This document shows, piece by piece, positions 54,269 through 63,818 of a stretch of DNA of 64,000 bases. A program made the position numbers and the translations under genes. A model generated the notes under the pieces. It did not search any database. It saw only the letters and a program-made list of their open reading frames with translations, and was not told the DNA's origin. The DNA lies in the IMG/VR virus record IMGVR_UViG_3300046692_000091, positions 250,815 to 314,814 of that record; one strand, given 5' to 3'. The first letter of the stretch is position 1. Each line of letters starts with the position of its first letter.

Positions 54269-55429
54269 ATGACATTCGAACAAGATTTCCTCCAGGTTAA
54301 AGGTATCACTGGTACCGAAGAAGTTTTTGGTACTGTTGATCCAGTAACTGAAGAAAAGAAAGATATGGTGCCGATCGACATGCTCGGTGCTGAGATGGGT
54401 GAGATTCAACATGAACTCGAAAACGTAGAAGATGCACGTACCTCTTTGGAGGCTTACGACAAGTTCTTGACTCAGGCTGGTCCTGATGGTATCTCTCGTC
54501 AAACTGCAGCCGCCATGTATATTGGTCTAGCTCGCATTGACCGTCAACTGAACCAGCGTTCTAATCTGGTCGCTTCCATGGAAGATAATGATCTAGCTGA
54601 AGTAGACAACCGTAACAAGATGGCTGTCGCTAAAGGCGTCGATAACAAAGGTATTGCTGGCCGTGGTCGTCAACTCTTCGAGAAGCTGAAAGAGATTGTA
54701 GCCAAGTTGATGGAGAAACTTAAGAAGGCTTGGGCTTTCTTCACCAGCAAAGTTAAAGAAGCGAAAGACAAAGCCACAGAAGTTGGCCAAAGCCTGAAGA
54801 CCTGGGCTGGTCCGAATGGTCCTAGTGGTGGTCGTAAGATCGACGTCTCCGGTGAAATTGCTACGTTCGTATTCAAGGACGGAAAGGTAATGTCTCCATC
54901 TGAACTGCAACCACTTCTGAAGTTTGCTTTCGAAGAATATCCAGGCTTCTTGATGAAGCAATTCGAACAAGTCAAAGCTGCTGTTGCTAAAGGTGGTGAC
55001 TATCCTGAGGTCGAAACCTTCTTGGCGTATGAAGGTGCGCTCCCAGATGGCTGGTCCATTGAAGATGATGGTTCGAAACGTCCTAATCCAAGATACGCTG
55101 GTGAATCCAATGCTATTGTGAAACATCAGGTTCGGGATAAGTCCACTATCGATAAAGCGATGCATGAAGTAATCGCTAACTGTGAGTACATTGGTTCCAA
55201 GATCAATGAGAATTCTGTTATCGGTAAACTCAGTAGCTCGATGCAACAGTTGTTTGATTCTACCCCTGATGATGACAGTGGTATGGAGGCATGGAACTAT
55301 CTGTTGAAAGTTAACGGTAAGTTTGCTGCCGCTTCAGGTGCCGCTGCTGACCTGGAACGAGTTGGTACTTTGGCTAACCTGGCACATACACGGCTTGCTG
55401 GTCTGGAAGTTGGACAGAAAGTAGAATAA
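54269..55429 (+). CDS. Inner-head/ejection protein, gp93-family paralogue
   Basis: SLEAYDKFLTQAGPDGISRQTAA, SMED, LFEKLKEIVAKLMEKLKKAW. Confidence 0.75.
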   Translation: MTFEQDFLQVKGITGTEEVFGTVDPVTEEKKDMVPIDMLGAEMGEIQHELENVEDARTSLEAYDKFLTQAGPDGISRQTAAAMYIGLARIDRQLNQRSNLVASMEDNDLAEVDNRNKMAVAKGVDNKGIAGRGRQLFEKLKEIVAKLMEKLKKAWAFFTSKVKEAKDKATEVGQSLKTWAGPNGPSGGRKIDVSGEIATFVFKDGKVMSPSELQPLLKFAFEEYPGFLMKQFEQVKAAVAKGGDYPEVETFLAYEGALPDGWSIEDDGSKRPNPRYAGESNAIVKHQVRDKSTIDKAMHEVIANCEYIGSKINENSVIGKLSSSMQQLFDSTPDDDSGMEAWNYLLKVNGKFAAASGAAADLERVGTLANLAHTRLAGLEVGQKVE

Positions 55430-55486
55430 TACTTGATCGGGGCTTGTCCCCGATCTTATGTATCTTTTAACCTGAGGAAACCTGCC

Positions 55487-56164
55487 ATGTTGAATGTCAG
55501 AAAATATCTCCCTTCTATGGAAGACTTCGATAGTCTCCCAGATACCCTAGCAAACGACATCTCCACCGATGGTGAGAACACATACGTCGCAGGTATCCCA
55601 GAAGATCTAATTAAACCTGCTGAGAAAACTGAGCAGGATGAAGAACAAGAAGCATCTGTCTCCGGTATGGTCCATGCCCAGAAGGTTGCCCAAGACACTC
55701 GTGAGAAATTCGAGGAGTCAGATGAAAAGAAATTTGAGGAAGAGCATCCAGACGAAGAATCTACCGAAGCTGATGTAGGTGGTGATGCTAATACAGATGA
55801 CGAGTCTCAAGGTGCGGAAGATGAATCTACTGATTCAACGCAAGTTGAAGAAGAGACACCGAAGTCCACCGATGAAGAATCAACTGATGACGATGAGGAT
55901 GATAAAGAAGCCACTGAAATTAATTATGCCATCGAATCGTATTCGAAACTATTGATTAATGCTGGTAACAATCTTTCCCATCAATCAGTAGAAATGTTGA
56001 CCGTAGGTTTGGTGCGTCTCCATAAACAAGTAGCTGTTCCAATGGTATCGAATGAGTCATTTGAATCTGGTCCTGTTGCTGCTCGAACGATGACCTCTGC
56101 TGAATCATTTCTTAAGCAACTACAGCTATTGAAAGAATCCCTTGGATCGACTACAAATCTATGA
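55487..56164 (+). CDS. Short acidic gp93-family paralogue lacking the mature domain
   Basis: MLNVRKYLPSMEDF start, acidic region, AIESYSKLLINAGNNLSHQS motif, ends about 35 aa after SNE. Confidence 0.75.
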   Translation: MLNVRKYLPSMEDFDSLPDTLANDISTDGENTYVAGIPEDLIKPAEKTEQDEEQEASVSGMVHAQKVAQDTREKFEESDEKKFEEEHPDEESTEADVGGDANTDDESQGAEDESTDSTQVEEETPKSTDEESTDDDEDDKEATEINYAIESYSKLLINAGNNLSHQSVEMLTVGLVRLHKQVAVPMVSNESFESGPVAARTMTSAESFLKQLQLLKESLGSTTNL

Positions 56165-56203
56165 TCCATTTAGCTCTACCCATTTCATTTAAAGGAACAC
56201 AAC

Positions 56204-58618
56204 ATGCTTAACCTCTCGACTTACATCCCTTCCCTGGAAGAATTTGAAGAAGTTCCTTCTCCGTTGATGGATGGTGACGTTGCTCCTGTAGTAGAGGGTG
56301 GAATCGTTGGTCAATTGCCAACTGAAGGTTTCCCCGTAGAACAATCCGTAGTAGAGCTGCCACCTGCACTCGACCCAACACCACTGCAACCTTTGGAAGC
56401 AGGTATTATCCAGGAAGAAGTAATCGCCGAGAACCTGGACGCTGAAGCTGGTCAACTGATGGGGGCACAAATTGCCCTGGAAGGTTACAGCAAACTGCTG
56501 CGTAGTGCCGGCAAGAACATGACTCGACAATCTGCAGCTTTCATGGCTGTTGGTATGCAACGTGCAAACCGTATCCTCGGTGTAACTGCTCTTGGCCTGG
56601 AAAGCGATGACTCCGGTACACAGGTCATGGCTATGCAAACATCTAAAGTAGATGAGAAAGGCCTGGGTAGCAAGCTTAAAGAAGTGGCCGGTAAGATCTG
56701 GGAATGGCTGAAGCAGAAGTGGTCTCAGTTGGTTGCATTCGCTCGTAAGCTGTCCGGTAATAAGGAAGCTGAGAAACAGAAAGTAACTTTCCTGATTGCC
56801 GCTACTAAGCCTGGTAAGACTGCTCAACTGGAAGCACCTAAAGGTCTGAAAACTGCCCAAGTACTCGACGCGATTCATGGTGAAGAGAAACGTGGCAAAC
56901 CAGTAGCCAAGACGATTATGCTTCCAGCTGCTTTAGCTGAAGGTATGGTATCTAACGGTAAGCTCGATCTCAATCTGGCCACCATTAGTCAACTGCGTTC
57001 GAAAGATGGCTTGGACTACGTTAAAGATTCCGTCGCTATGATGAAGGATCTTAAAGAGTTCATGTTGAAGATGACCAAGGACACCACTCCAGAAGAAGCT
57101 GCCGATACCGTTAACGACTTAGCTAAGAAGCACATGAGTGGTAAGAGTGCTAAACTCGTATTGCCTGGTGGCGTTGGTTTCGAACGCAGCGAAGGTAAAA
57201 TTACTTTCACTCGCTCTGAACCAGGTGAGTCCGAAGTTACTCTGCCAAGTCTGCCTGAAATTGCACAGTACTTGGAAGGTCTCAACAAGATTCTGAATGA
57301 AAATGATCTTCAAGAAGAACCAGCATTTGATGACCTAGAAAAAATGATGCAGTTCTTTACCGGTGACGAAGCGGAAAAAGCTGACCAACGTCTTCGTGCT
57401 TCTGGTAAGTCTGATGAAGACATGGATGCCATCAACCGCGAAATCGGCAAAGTACTTAGTGCTTTACCATTGGCGGATAACATCAAAGCTATCGTAACGT
57501 TCATGATGGCCTGGCGCCGTGCAGCTGTCGCTACAATGGACCACCTGATTGCAGCTCATGGCGGTATGGATGGTACCATCTCGCAAGAAGACTATGAAGC
57601 TCTTCCTTCCCGTGGTCTGTCTGTGATCCCTGGTCAAGCAGGTGGTAAGCAAGGCATTGGTGCCGCTGTTAAAGCAGCATGGGCTAAGACAAAAGAATTC
57701 TTTGCACGTCTGTGGGCACAGTTCTCGGAATGGGTAGCTAAGATCTGGGCACGTATCTTCGGAGAAGAGAAGAAAGTTGATATGCTGTTGCTGACTAACG
57801 AAGCCATCCCGGAAGAAGATGGTGCACCAAGTGGTCAACCTTTGGCTCTGCCACCGGGTACTGGTTTGAAATCTGTTGCTGCTGCCAAATCCTTGTCTGG
57901 CCCTAGTGCTCCAGGTGAAGCACCAGTCGATGTTACACCGGAACCAGTTGTCGAGACTAGTGCTTCATTACCTGCCGGTTTCATTTATACTGATGCCCTG
58001 AAGAAACTGAAACTCAGTTCAGGTTACGCTTTTGAACCGACCATTGAGGAATCCCTCATTACTTGGTTTACCGGCACCTATAACCCAGCTGTGATCAAAA
58101 TGTGGCGTGACGTTACTAGCATGACTAATAGTAACTTTGACGTTGGTGCTTTTGATGCCTGGGGTAAGGTATTGACTGACATGGCCGCTAAGGTAATGGC
58201 TGGCGCTCCGGTTGGAGAAATTCCAGGTGGTCAATCATTAGTACTCAATGAAGGGACAATTGCTTTCTCCTTCGGTGGTGGTAGTGGCACTGATTCTGAA
58301 CCAGTTAAAGCGTTGAACAAGCGTCAGATTGCACAGATCTTGGCCCGCCAGAAACGTGCTTTCCGAGGTCTGGAACTTGCACAGAAATCTACCGATGAAC
58401 AAAACCGACTACATGAGCAATTCTCTCAGGTAATCGAACGTCTGATCGATAGTGCTGATGAAGCGAAAGGTCAAGAGTATTCCGCATTCTACACCGCCGT
58501 TAATCGACTGATGTGTAATACAGCGGTGCGTCAACTGGCCACTACAATCGGTTCCCGTTTTACTGCGCGTACCGACGTTATGGATGAGATGATCGCAGCT
58601 CGTGCTAAACGTGGCTAA
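56204..58618 (+). CDS. Large inner-head/ejection protein with two family modules
   Basis: 804 aa; ALEGYSKLLRSAG..MTRQSAA, GLE/S, and a second SQE/D followed by AWAKTKEFFARLWAQFSEW. Confidence 0.8.
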   Translation: MLNLSTYIPSLEEFEEVPSPLMDGDVAPVVEGGIVGQLPTEGFPVEQSVVELPPALDPTPLQPLEAGIIQEEVIAENLDAEAGQLMGAQIALEGYSKLLRSAGKNMTRQSAAFMAVGMQRANRILGVTALGLESDDSGTQVMAMQTSKVDEKGLGSKLKEVAGKIWEWLKQKWSQLVAFARKLSGNKEAEKQKVTFLIAATKPGKTAQLEAPKGLKTAQVLDAIHGEEKRGKPVAKTIMLPAALAEGMVSNGKLDLNLATISQLRSKDGLDYVKDSVAMMKDLKEFMLKMTKDTTPEEAADTVNDLAKKHMSGKSAKLVLPGGVGFERSEGKITFTRSEPGESEVTLPSLPEIAQYLEGLNKILNENDLQEEPAFDDLEKMMQFFTGDEAEKADQRLRASGKSDEDMDAINREIGKVLSALPLADNIKAIVTFMMAWRRAAVATMDHLIAAHGGMDGTISQEDYEALPSRGLSVIPGQAGGKQGIGAAVKAAWAKTKEFFARLWAQFSEWVAKIWARIFGEEKKVDMLLLTNEAIPEEDGAPSGQPLALPPGTGLKSVAAAKSLSGPSAPGEAPVDVTPEPVVETSASLPAGFIYTDALKKLKLSSGYAFEPTIEESLITWFTGTYNPAVIKMWRDVTSMTNSNFDVGAFDAWGKVLTDMAAKVMAGAPVGEIPGGQSLVLNEGTIAFSFGGGSGTDSEPVKALNKRQIAQILARQKRAFRGLELAQKSTDEQNRLHEQFSQVIERLIDSADEAKGQEYSAFYTAVNRLMCNTAVRQLATTIGSRFTARTDVMDEMIAARAKRG

Positions 58619-58624
58619 ATAGAT

Positions 58625-58648
58625 GGGAGCCTTCGGGCTCCCTTTATT
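58625..58648 (+). terminator. Intrinsic terminator
   Basis: GGGAGCC-TTCG-GGCTCCC then TTTATT. Confidence 0.7.
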
Positions 58649-58711
58649 TCGATCTGTCCAATGCTATGTTAATTGCAATTAGCACAGAATAAATTCCTTG
58701 AGGAACAAAAC

Positions 58712-60229
58712 ATGAAATTGTCGAAACTGCTTAAGGCCATGGAAAACTATGAGGAAGCTCCGATTTCGGAGTCCGTAGTTGCTATCGCTGAAGGTAACAC
58801 CGTTGATCCACAAATCGTAGATATCCAAGCGCCTGTCAATGAGCCTTCCACCATCCCTGATGCTGGCGAGATGCCTGCAGGCGTACCAGAAGTATCGCCG
58901 CTACCAATTATCGAAGAAGCGCCAATCGTCGCTGCGCCGATCCCTGCACCAGCTGCAATCGAAGGCGAAGGCCCTGTAATTGCAGAGATGCCGCTGGAAG
59001 CTAGTGGTCAACTGATTATCGAATCCCCTATGGATCACGATAACACCATGGACATGATGGATCAGACTATCGTTGAATCCACGGCGATGGGTAATGACCT
59101 TACTGAAATCGTTGAAGTACAAACTGCTTTGGAATGCTACGCTAAGCTCCTGCGTCAAGCTGGACCAGATGGTATTACCCGTCAAGCTGCTGGCTTCATG
59201 CGTGTAGGCTTGGAACAATTCCAACATGACGGTCACGTCGATCTTTCTGGTCTGATCGGTTCCATGGAAGAAATGGGCGATGGCGAGAAACAACACCTAT
59301 TGCCATCCAAAGTTAAATCCGGTGGCATCGGTGATAAGATCAAAGAAGTAGCTGGGAAGATCTGGGAATGGCTGAAAGGTCTGTGGGAGAAATCCAAGAC
59401 GTTCGTACAACAGCTACTGCAAGGTGTTGTTGGCCTGGAACGTAAGCTGAACAAAGCCAAAGAAGCTGCTGCGAAAGCCGGTTCTACTGCCGGGGGCGAA
59501 TTCCAGGTACCTAACCCAGAACGCATCATGATTGGTTCGAAGATCTCGATCAATTATCCAGGTGAACTGAAAGCTGTTACCATGCTGGCTTGCAATGTTT
59601 ATCCTGAGCGCATGACCCAGTTCTACAACGCTATTGCTTCCGCCATCGGTAACTTTGATCCAGCTCATGGTGATTCCCAAGAAGTAATGGGTTTGCTAGA
59701 GAAAGCGAAAGAAGTTCTGAATGATGTTAAAACATCTGACCAAGTTCTTCCGGGTAACGTTAAGATCGATGTTGGCGATGACGGTATCTCTTATGGTATC
59801 ACTGAAGCTGGCGATTCAGAGAAACCTGAATCAGTAACTTCGAAGGCTCGTTCTGGTTCGACTATCCAATCTGATCTGACTACCATGTTCGCGGTGCTGG
59901 AAGGTCTGAAGGGTTATGGCAAGCATCACGAAAGCATGGCACAAGCTGCTGGCAAAGTTGGTCAAGCTCTGGAACACCTGAAGAAAGCTTCCGCTGGTGA
60001 AGGTATGGAAGACGGCGCTGCTCAGACTGCATCTGATCTGGAATCAGCAGTAGGTAAGCTGTTGCACTCGGCTAACCCACGTGGTAATGAGATCGTTCGT
60101 TATCTGGCACGCACCACTTCGGCTTACGCAGATGTGATCCTGGCCGAATTGAATGTAGAAGGTACCGGTTCGGATGGCGGTAAGCCTAAACAACTCGGTA
60201 ACGATTCGAAAGAAGTAGCTACCCAATAA
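58712..60229 (+). CDS. Inner-body/ejection protein (phiKZ gp95-like)
   Basis: Pro/Glu propeptide, ALECYAKLLRQAGPDGITRQAA, SMEE, IKEVAGKIWEWLKGLW; GAGG SD at ATG 58712. Confidence 0.8.
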   Translation: MKLSKLLKAMENYEEAPISESVVAIAEGNTVDPQIVDIQAPVNEPSTIPDAGEMPAGVPEVSPLPIIEEAPIVAAPIPAPAAIEGEGPVIAEMPLEASGQLIIESPMDHDNTMDMMDQTIVESTAMGNDLTEIVEVQTALECYAKLLRQAGPDGITRQAAGFMRVGLEQFQHDGHVDLSGLIGSMEEMGDGEKQHLLPSKVKSGGIGDKIKEVAGKIWEWLKGLWEKSKTFVQQLLQGVVGLERKLNKAKEAAAKAGSTAGGEFQVPNPERIMIGSKISINYPGELKAVTMLACNVYPERMTQFYNAIASAIGNFDPAHGDSQEVMGLLEKAKEVLNDVKTSDQVLPGNVKIDVGDDGISYGITEAGDSEKPESVTSKARSGSTIQSDLTTMFAVLEGLKGYGKHHESMAQAAGKVGQALEHLKKASAGEGMEDGAAQTASDLESAVGKLLHSANPRGNEIVRYLARTTSAYADVILAELNVEGTGSDGGKPKQLGNDSKEVATQ

Positions 60230-60274
60230 AACAATGGACGGGGCCTAGTGCCTCGTCTTATGTTAGGAGGTCCT

Positions 60275-61438
60275 ATGGACTTTAAAGAAAAGCTCCAGCG
60301 ATTGGAAGAACGTCGGGGTGAATCAAGTGCAGAGTGGATGGCCAAATTACAGAACACCACACAAGCCGATGGCAATGAAGAGATCCTGCGTTTAGCTGAA
60401 GCTCTCGCTAATGCAGATGAGACAATGTCTGAAGAGATCGTTGACTTAGTGGGTGGCTTAGAAACTTATCGACCTTATGAATCAATTGGTGACATTCCAT
60501 TCTTTACAACTGGGCTGGAAAATGTCAGTGATACCATCGTAAGGATCTTTGACCGAATCATTGCTTTTATTAAGCGATGGATTAAAGTGTTAGCCGATGC
60601 TGACTTTAAATTATCTTTGCATACGGCTTTGCACAGTCACTCGTTAGAGAACATCCGTACAGCCATGCGTGCAACCAGTCGCCCACCTAGGCAGAATCCA
60701 CGATTCCAAGTTTCCACCCGTATTCAGAATCTGTCTGTTAACTTTCGTCCGGTATCAACTGCCGTGGCATTGATTAATGCATTGACTGTTCTGCGCACTG
60801 TGGCAACTGCTTACTTTGATGTCCATTCGGATAAAGTGTTATCTCAAGTTCGTCGGGTAATGGAAGGTGTTTCAGAACAACGCAGCTCGGATTACTTGGC
60901 TGACTTAATGTCAGTATCTAGTCCATTAAACATCACGCAACAAGCTATCTTCCGGCCGCAAGACTTACATGTTGAATCCCCACACTTGTTGGGTAACCAT
61001 CGATTCGTTATCACCAACAACAATGCTGCATCGAATAGCCCAACTGATCGTGTACAGGGCGTTCGTGTTAAACTGGAACCTTCTCAAATTACTCCAGCGG
61101 AAGCTCCTACTTATGTAAACTTCGAATACTTCGATACTAACATGATGGAAGCAGTTCTAGTTAAATGTGATGATGTCTTGCGTGTATTGGCTGAGTCTAA
61201 CAATGGACCACACCGACATTCCCGTAGACAAGCTATGCAAGGCCTTCTAAGCGCCGTGGAGCGTGTTAACGAAGAAGTGCAGCGTAACGGTGTGCGTGAT
61301 GAAGAAGACGCCCGTAAAGTGGTTGCAGTGCTTGAGTCGTATATCTCCTGGATTGCTGATCCTTATACTTCGTTCTATGCATATACCCTCCGTAATGTGC
61401 GTGCTGCTCTTAATGTGTGTGAAGCCAACATTGCTTAG
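60275..61438 (+). CDS. Processed head protein (phiKZ gp96 position)
   Basis: AGGAGG SD; GLE sites then IVRIFDRIIAFIKRWI helix. Confidence 0.75.
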   Translation: MDFKEKLQRLEERRGESSAEWMAKLQNTTQADGNEEILRLAEALANADETMSEEIVDLVGGLETYRPYESIGDIPFFTTGLENVSDTIVRIFDRIIAFIKRWIKVLADADFKLSLHTALHSHSLENIRTAMRATSRPPRQNPRFQVSTRIQNLSVNFRPVSTAVALINALTVLRTVATAYFDVHSDKVLSQVRRVMEGVSEQRSSDYLADLMSVSSPLNITQQAIFRPQDLHVESPHLLGNHRFVITNNNAASNSPTDRVQGVRVKLEPSQITPAEAPTYVNFEYFDTNMMEAVLVKCDDVLRVLAESNNGPHRHSRRQAMQGLLSAVERVNEEVQRNGVRDEEDARKVVAVLESYISWIADPYTSFYAYTLRNVRAALNVCEANIA

Positions 61439-61538
61439 TTTTACGCAATCTTGTGAAACGACGTTTCGTCCAAAATTGTCGGGCTGTGCCAAAGGACGAA
61501 CGGCATAGCCACAAATCAATCCTGTACAGGTAGAGAAC

Positions 61539-63743
61539 ATGAATATTCTGAATTATCTAACTCCTTCATTCGAGGAGTTTGTTGATGCACCAGTCGGTGT
61601 TGATCAACTGGCCCACAACTCTGCTGCCACTCCTGGCACCGCAGAAGTTCCAGGTGTTGCACCCGTAGCCGATACCCAAACTGATTCGCTGGAAATTCCT
61701 GAATCCGTAGGTCCTGCTCTGGTAGCAAGTTCTGATGAAGTACAAGCTGCTACTATCGTAGAAGACCCAGGTCATTCCGAAGCAGAAGCTGCTGCAAACC
61801 AAGTATCCGATGCTGATGCCTCTGTAATTGAACAAGCACAAGTTGCTCCTGCTGAAACCGGTTCGGCTGATGCCGGGGCCGTAACTACTGATGAAGGTAC
61901 TGGCGATGTTTCCGAATCTACCGAATTGGGTGGCGATGACACTGGCGCTGCTGACAGCGTTGGTAGTGACACTGGCGACGCTGATCTGGGCACTGATGCT
62001 GGTGACCTCGGCGATACTTCTGGTGATGCTGGATCGGATGATCTTGGCGATCTGGGCGGTACCGACGAAGGTACGGCGGAAGTCGGTGGTGATGCAGAAC
62101 TGGGTAGCGAAGGTGAAGCGGACGCTGGCAGTGAAGCAGATCTAGGCGACGCTGCTGCCGAAACTGGCGACGTAGGTGAGACTGGTGATGTTGGTGAAAC
62201 CACTGACGATACCACAACCGAAGAAGATGGTCTGGGCGATGCTGGGACTGAAGAAGGTGGCGAAGATGGTCTGGGGGACGGAGCTGAAGGTGATACCGAA
62301 ACCGGTGAAGCCGAAGGCGAAGAAGAAACCGAAGAAGCGGGCGAAGCCGAAGGCGAAGAAGCCGGTAGCGAGTTCGAAGAAAGCACCGACGAGTCCGAAA
62401 CTGGCGGTGACGAAGAAGAAACCACTGAAGAAGCCGAAAGCGAAGAAGCTGATGCCTCCGAAGAAAGTGGTACTGAAGCCGATAGTGATGAAGATGACGG
62501 GGTGGAAATCGATATCCCCGACGTAGATACTGAAACTACCGAAGATGATGCTGAAGAAGCCGAAGAAGAAGCTGCTGAGAAAGTAGCTGAAGACGAAGAG
62601 CTCGATGACGAAATTATCGACACTTCTAAATCCGTTGATGAACTGGATGAAGACACTGTTGCAGTCGAAGAATTCATCGGTGTTCTGCAACACGGTATTC
62701 GTACTAAGCGTTTCTCCGCGCAGACCGTAGCCTTGGCCCAGTCACAGCTGATGAAGCTCTCGAAGAAGTGGGATAGTGAAGCTCCGTGCATTCCTTCTAT
62801 GGAAGACTACTCGGAGAAGAACCTCGACGCTTACTACACTAACTCGTTGGAATCTTTCTCTGGCTTCCTGAAGAAGATCAAACACGTTCGTGATAAGTTC
62901 CTCGATCAGTTCGCCGCAAAGATGAACGACAAGATCCACCTGAAAGCAGTTGAGACTCAAGTCGCTGCAATCAACAAAGCTCTGGATGTTCAGATTCTGC
63001 GTGTTAAAGAACTGAAGCTGGAAGAAGCGGTTAGTGTTAAGATCCCTGCAGTTCTGCGTGGTGAAGGTGGTCCAGTGAAATCTGTTACCGCTGAACTACA
63101 ATGGCTGGGTGATGTAGCTAGTATCTTCGGTCATGACAAGACTTTCTTGGAAGGCATCTCGAAACTGATCAACCAAGCTGTTAAAGAAGGTGATGCACTT
63201 AAGTCCACTGCCACTCTGAACAAAGCACTGAAGCTGGCTCTGCCATCTAAGTCTTACCCAGCTTCGATCTATCAAGGTTCTAAGTTGGCTTCGTTTAGCT
63301 TCGAGAAAGTAGACCGTAAAGCTTCTGGCTCGATGGTTGAAGACATGAAGACTCTGGCTGATCGCGCTATTCCTGAATCGAAACAATTCGATGTAGGTAT
63401 GGGTAAAGGTCCAGACACAGCAATGTTGAAGAAAACCGATCTGGTTAAAATGCTTCAGCTGGCTAAAGTTCTGATCGGTCTGTCTCGTGGTACAGCTGCT
63501 GCCGCTGGTAAAGGCATCGTTGAATCCATCGGTGTTGTTAACGCATCGAAGTCTGAACTGAACCAGAAAGATGATAAAGCAGGTGATGGAGAAACTCGTC
63601 GTAGTAACGATGCAGCTATGAATCAACTGGTGCATCAGTTCTGGGTTGCCCTCTACAACTCTACCGAGAACTACTCTGGTTTCCAATGGCACGTTATTCT
63701 GCTTGCAGATAACCTGGTCAATCTGGTACAGAAAGTCAAGTAA
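61539..63743 (+). CDS. Inner-body/ejection protein with very long acidic propeptide (phiKZ gp97-like)
   Basis: 734 aa; about 370 aa E/D/G/A-rich region, then AVEE, SMED and SLESF sites. Confidence 0.8.
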   Translation: MNILNYLTPSFEEFVDAPVGVDQLAHNSAATPGTAEVPGVAPVADTQTDSLEIPESVGPALVASSDEVQAATIVEDPGHSEAEAAANQVSDADASVIEQAQVAPAETGSADAGAVTTDEGTGDVSESTELGGDDTGAADSVGSDTGDADLGTDAGDLGDTSGDAGSDDLGDLGGTDEGTAEVGGDAELGSEGEADAGSEADLGDAAAETGDVGETGDVGETTDDTTTEEDGLGDAGTEEGGEDGLGDGAEGDTETGEAEGEEETEEAGEAEGEEAGSEFEESTDESETGGDEEETTEEAESEEADASEESGTEADSDEDDGVEIDIPDVDTETTEDDAEEAEEEAAEKVAEDEELDDEIIDTSKSVDELDEDTVAVEEFIGVLQHGIRTKRFSAQTVALAQSQLMKLSKKWDSEAPCIPSMEDYSEKNLDAYYTNSLESFSGFLKKIKHVRDKFLDQFAAKMNDKIHLKAVETQVAAINKALDVQILRVKELKLEEAVSVKIPAVLRGEGGPVKSVTAELQWLGDVASIFGHDKTFLEGISKLINQAVKEGDALKSTATLNKALKLALPSKSYPASIYQGSKLASFSFEKVDRKASGSMVEDMKTLADRAIPESKQFDVGMGKGPDTAMLKKTDLVKMLQLAKVLIGLSRGTAAAAGKGIVESIGVVNASKSELNQKDDKAGDGETRRSNDAAMNQLVHQFWVALYNSTENYSGFQWHVILLADNLVNLVQKVK
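61900..62650 (+). repeat. Low-complexity acidic repeats (ETGDVG x2, EDGLGD x2, EEAEGE-type units)
   Basis: Imperfect short tandem repeats at both DNA and protein level. Confidence 0.7.
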
Positions 63744-63746
63744 CAA

Positions 63747-63782
63747 CATAGACGCCTTCCCTTCGGGGAAGGCTTTATGCCG
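63747..63782 (+). terminator. CATA-hairpin-TTTATGCCG element
   Basis: GCCTTCCC-TTCG-GGGAAGGC at 63754-63773. Confidence 0.7.
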
Positions 63783-63818
63783 AATCTTATGACTTTCAAA
63801 ACTTAACGAGGGATTACC

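Noticed and set aside
61455-61502. Hammerhead or HDV-like ribozyme (GTCC...GGACGAAAC on the - strand)
   Set aside because: No CUGANGA precedes stem II, and there is no room for HDV P3/P1.1/P4.
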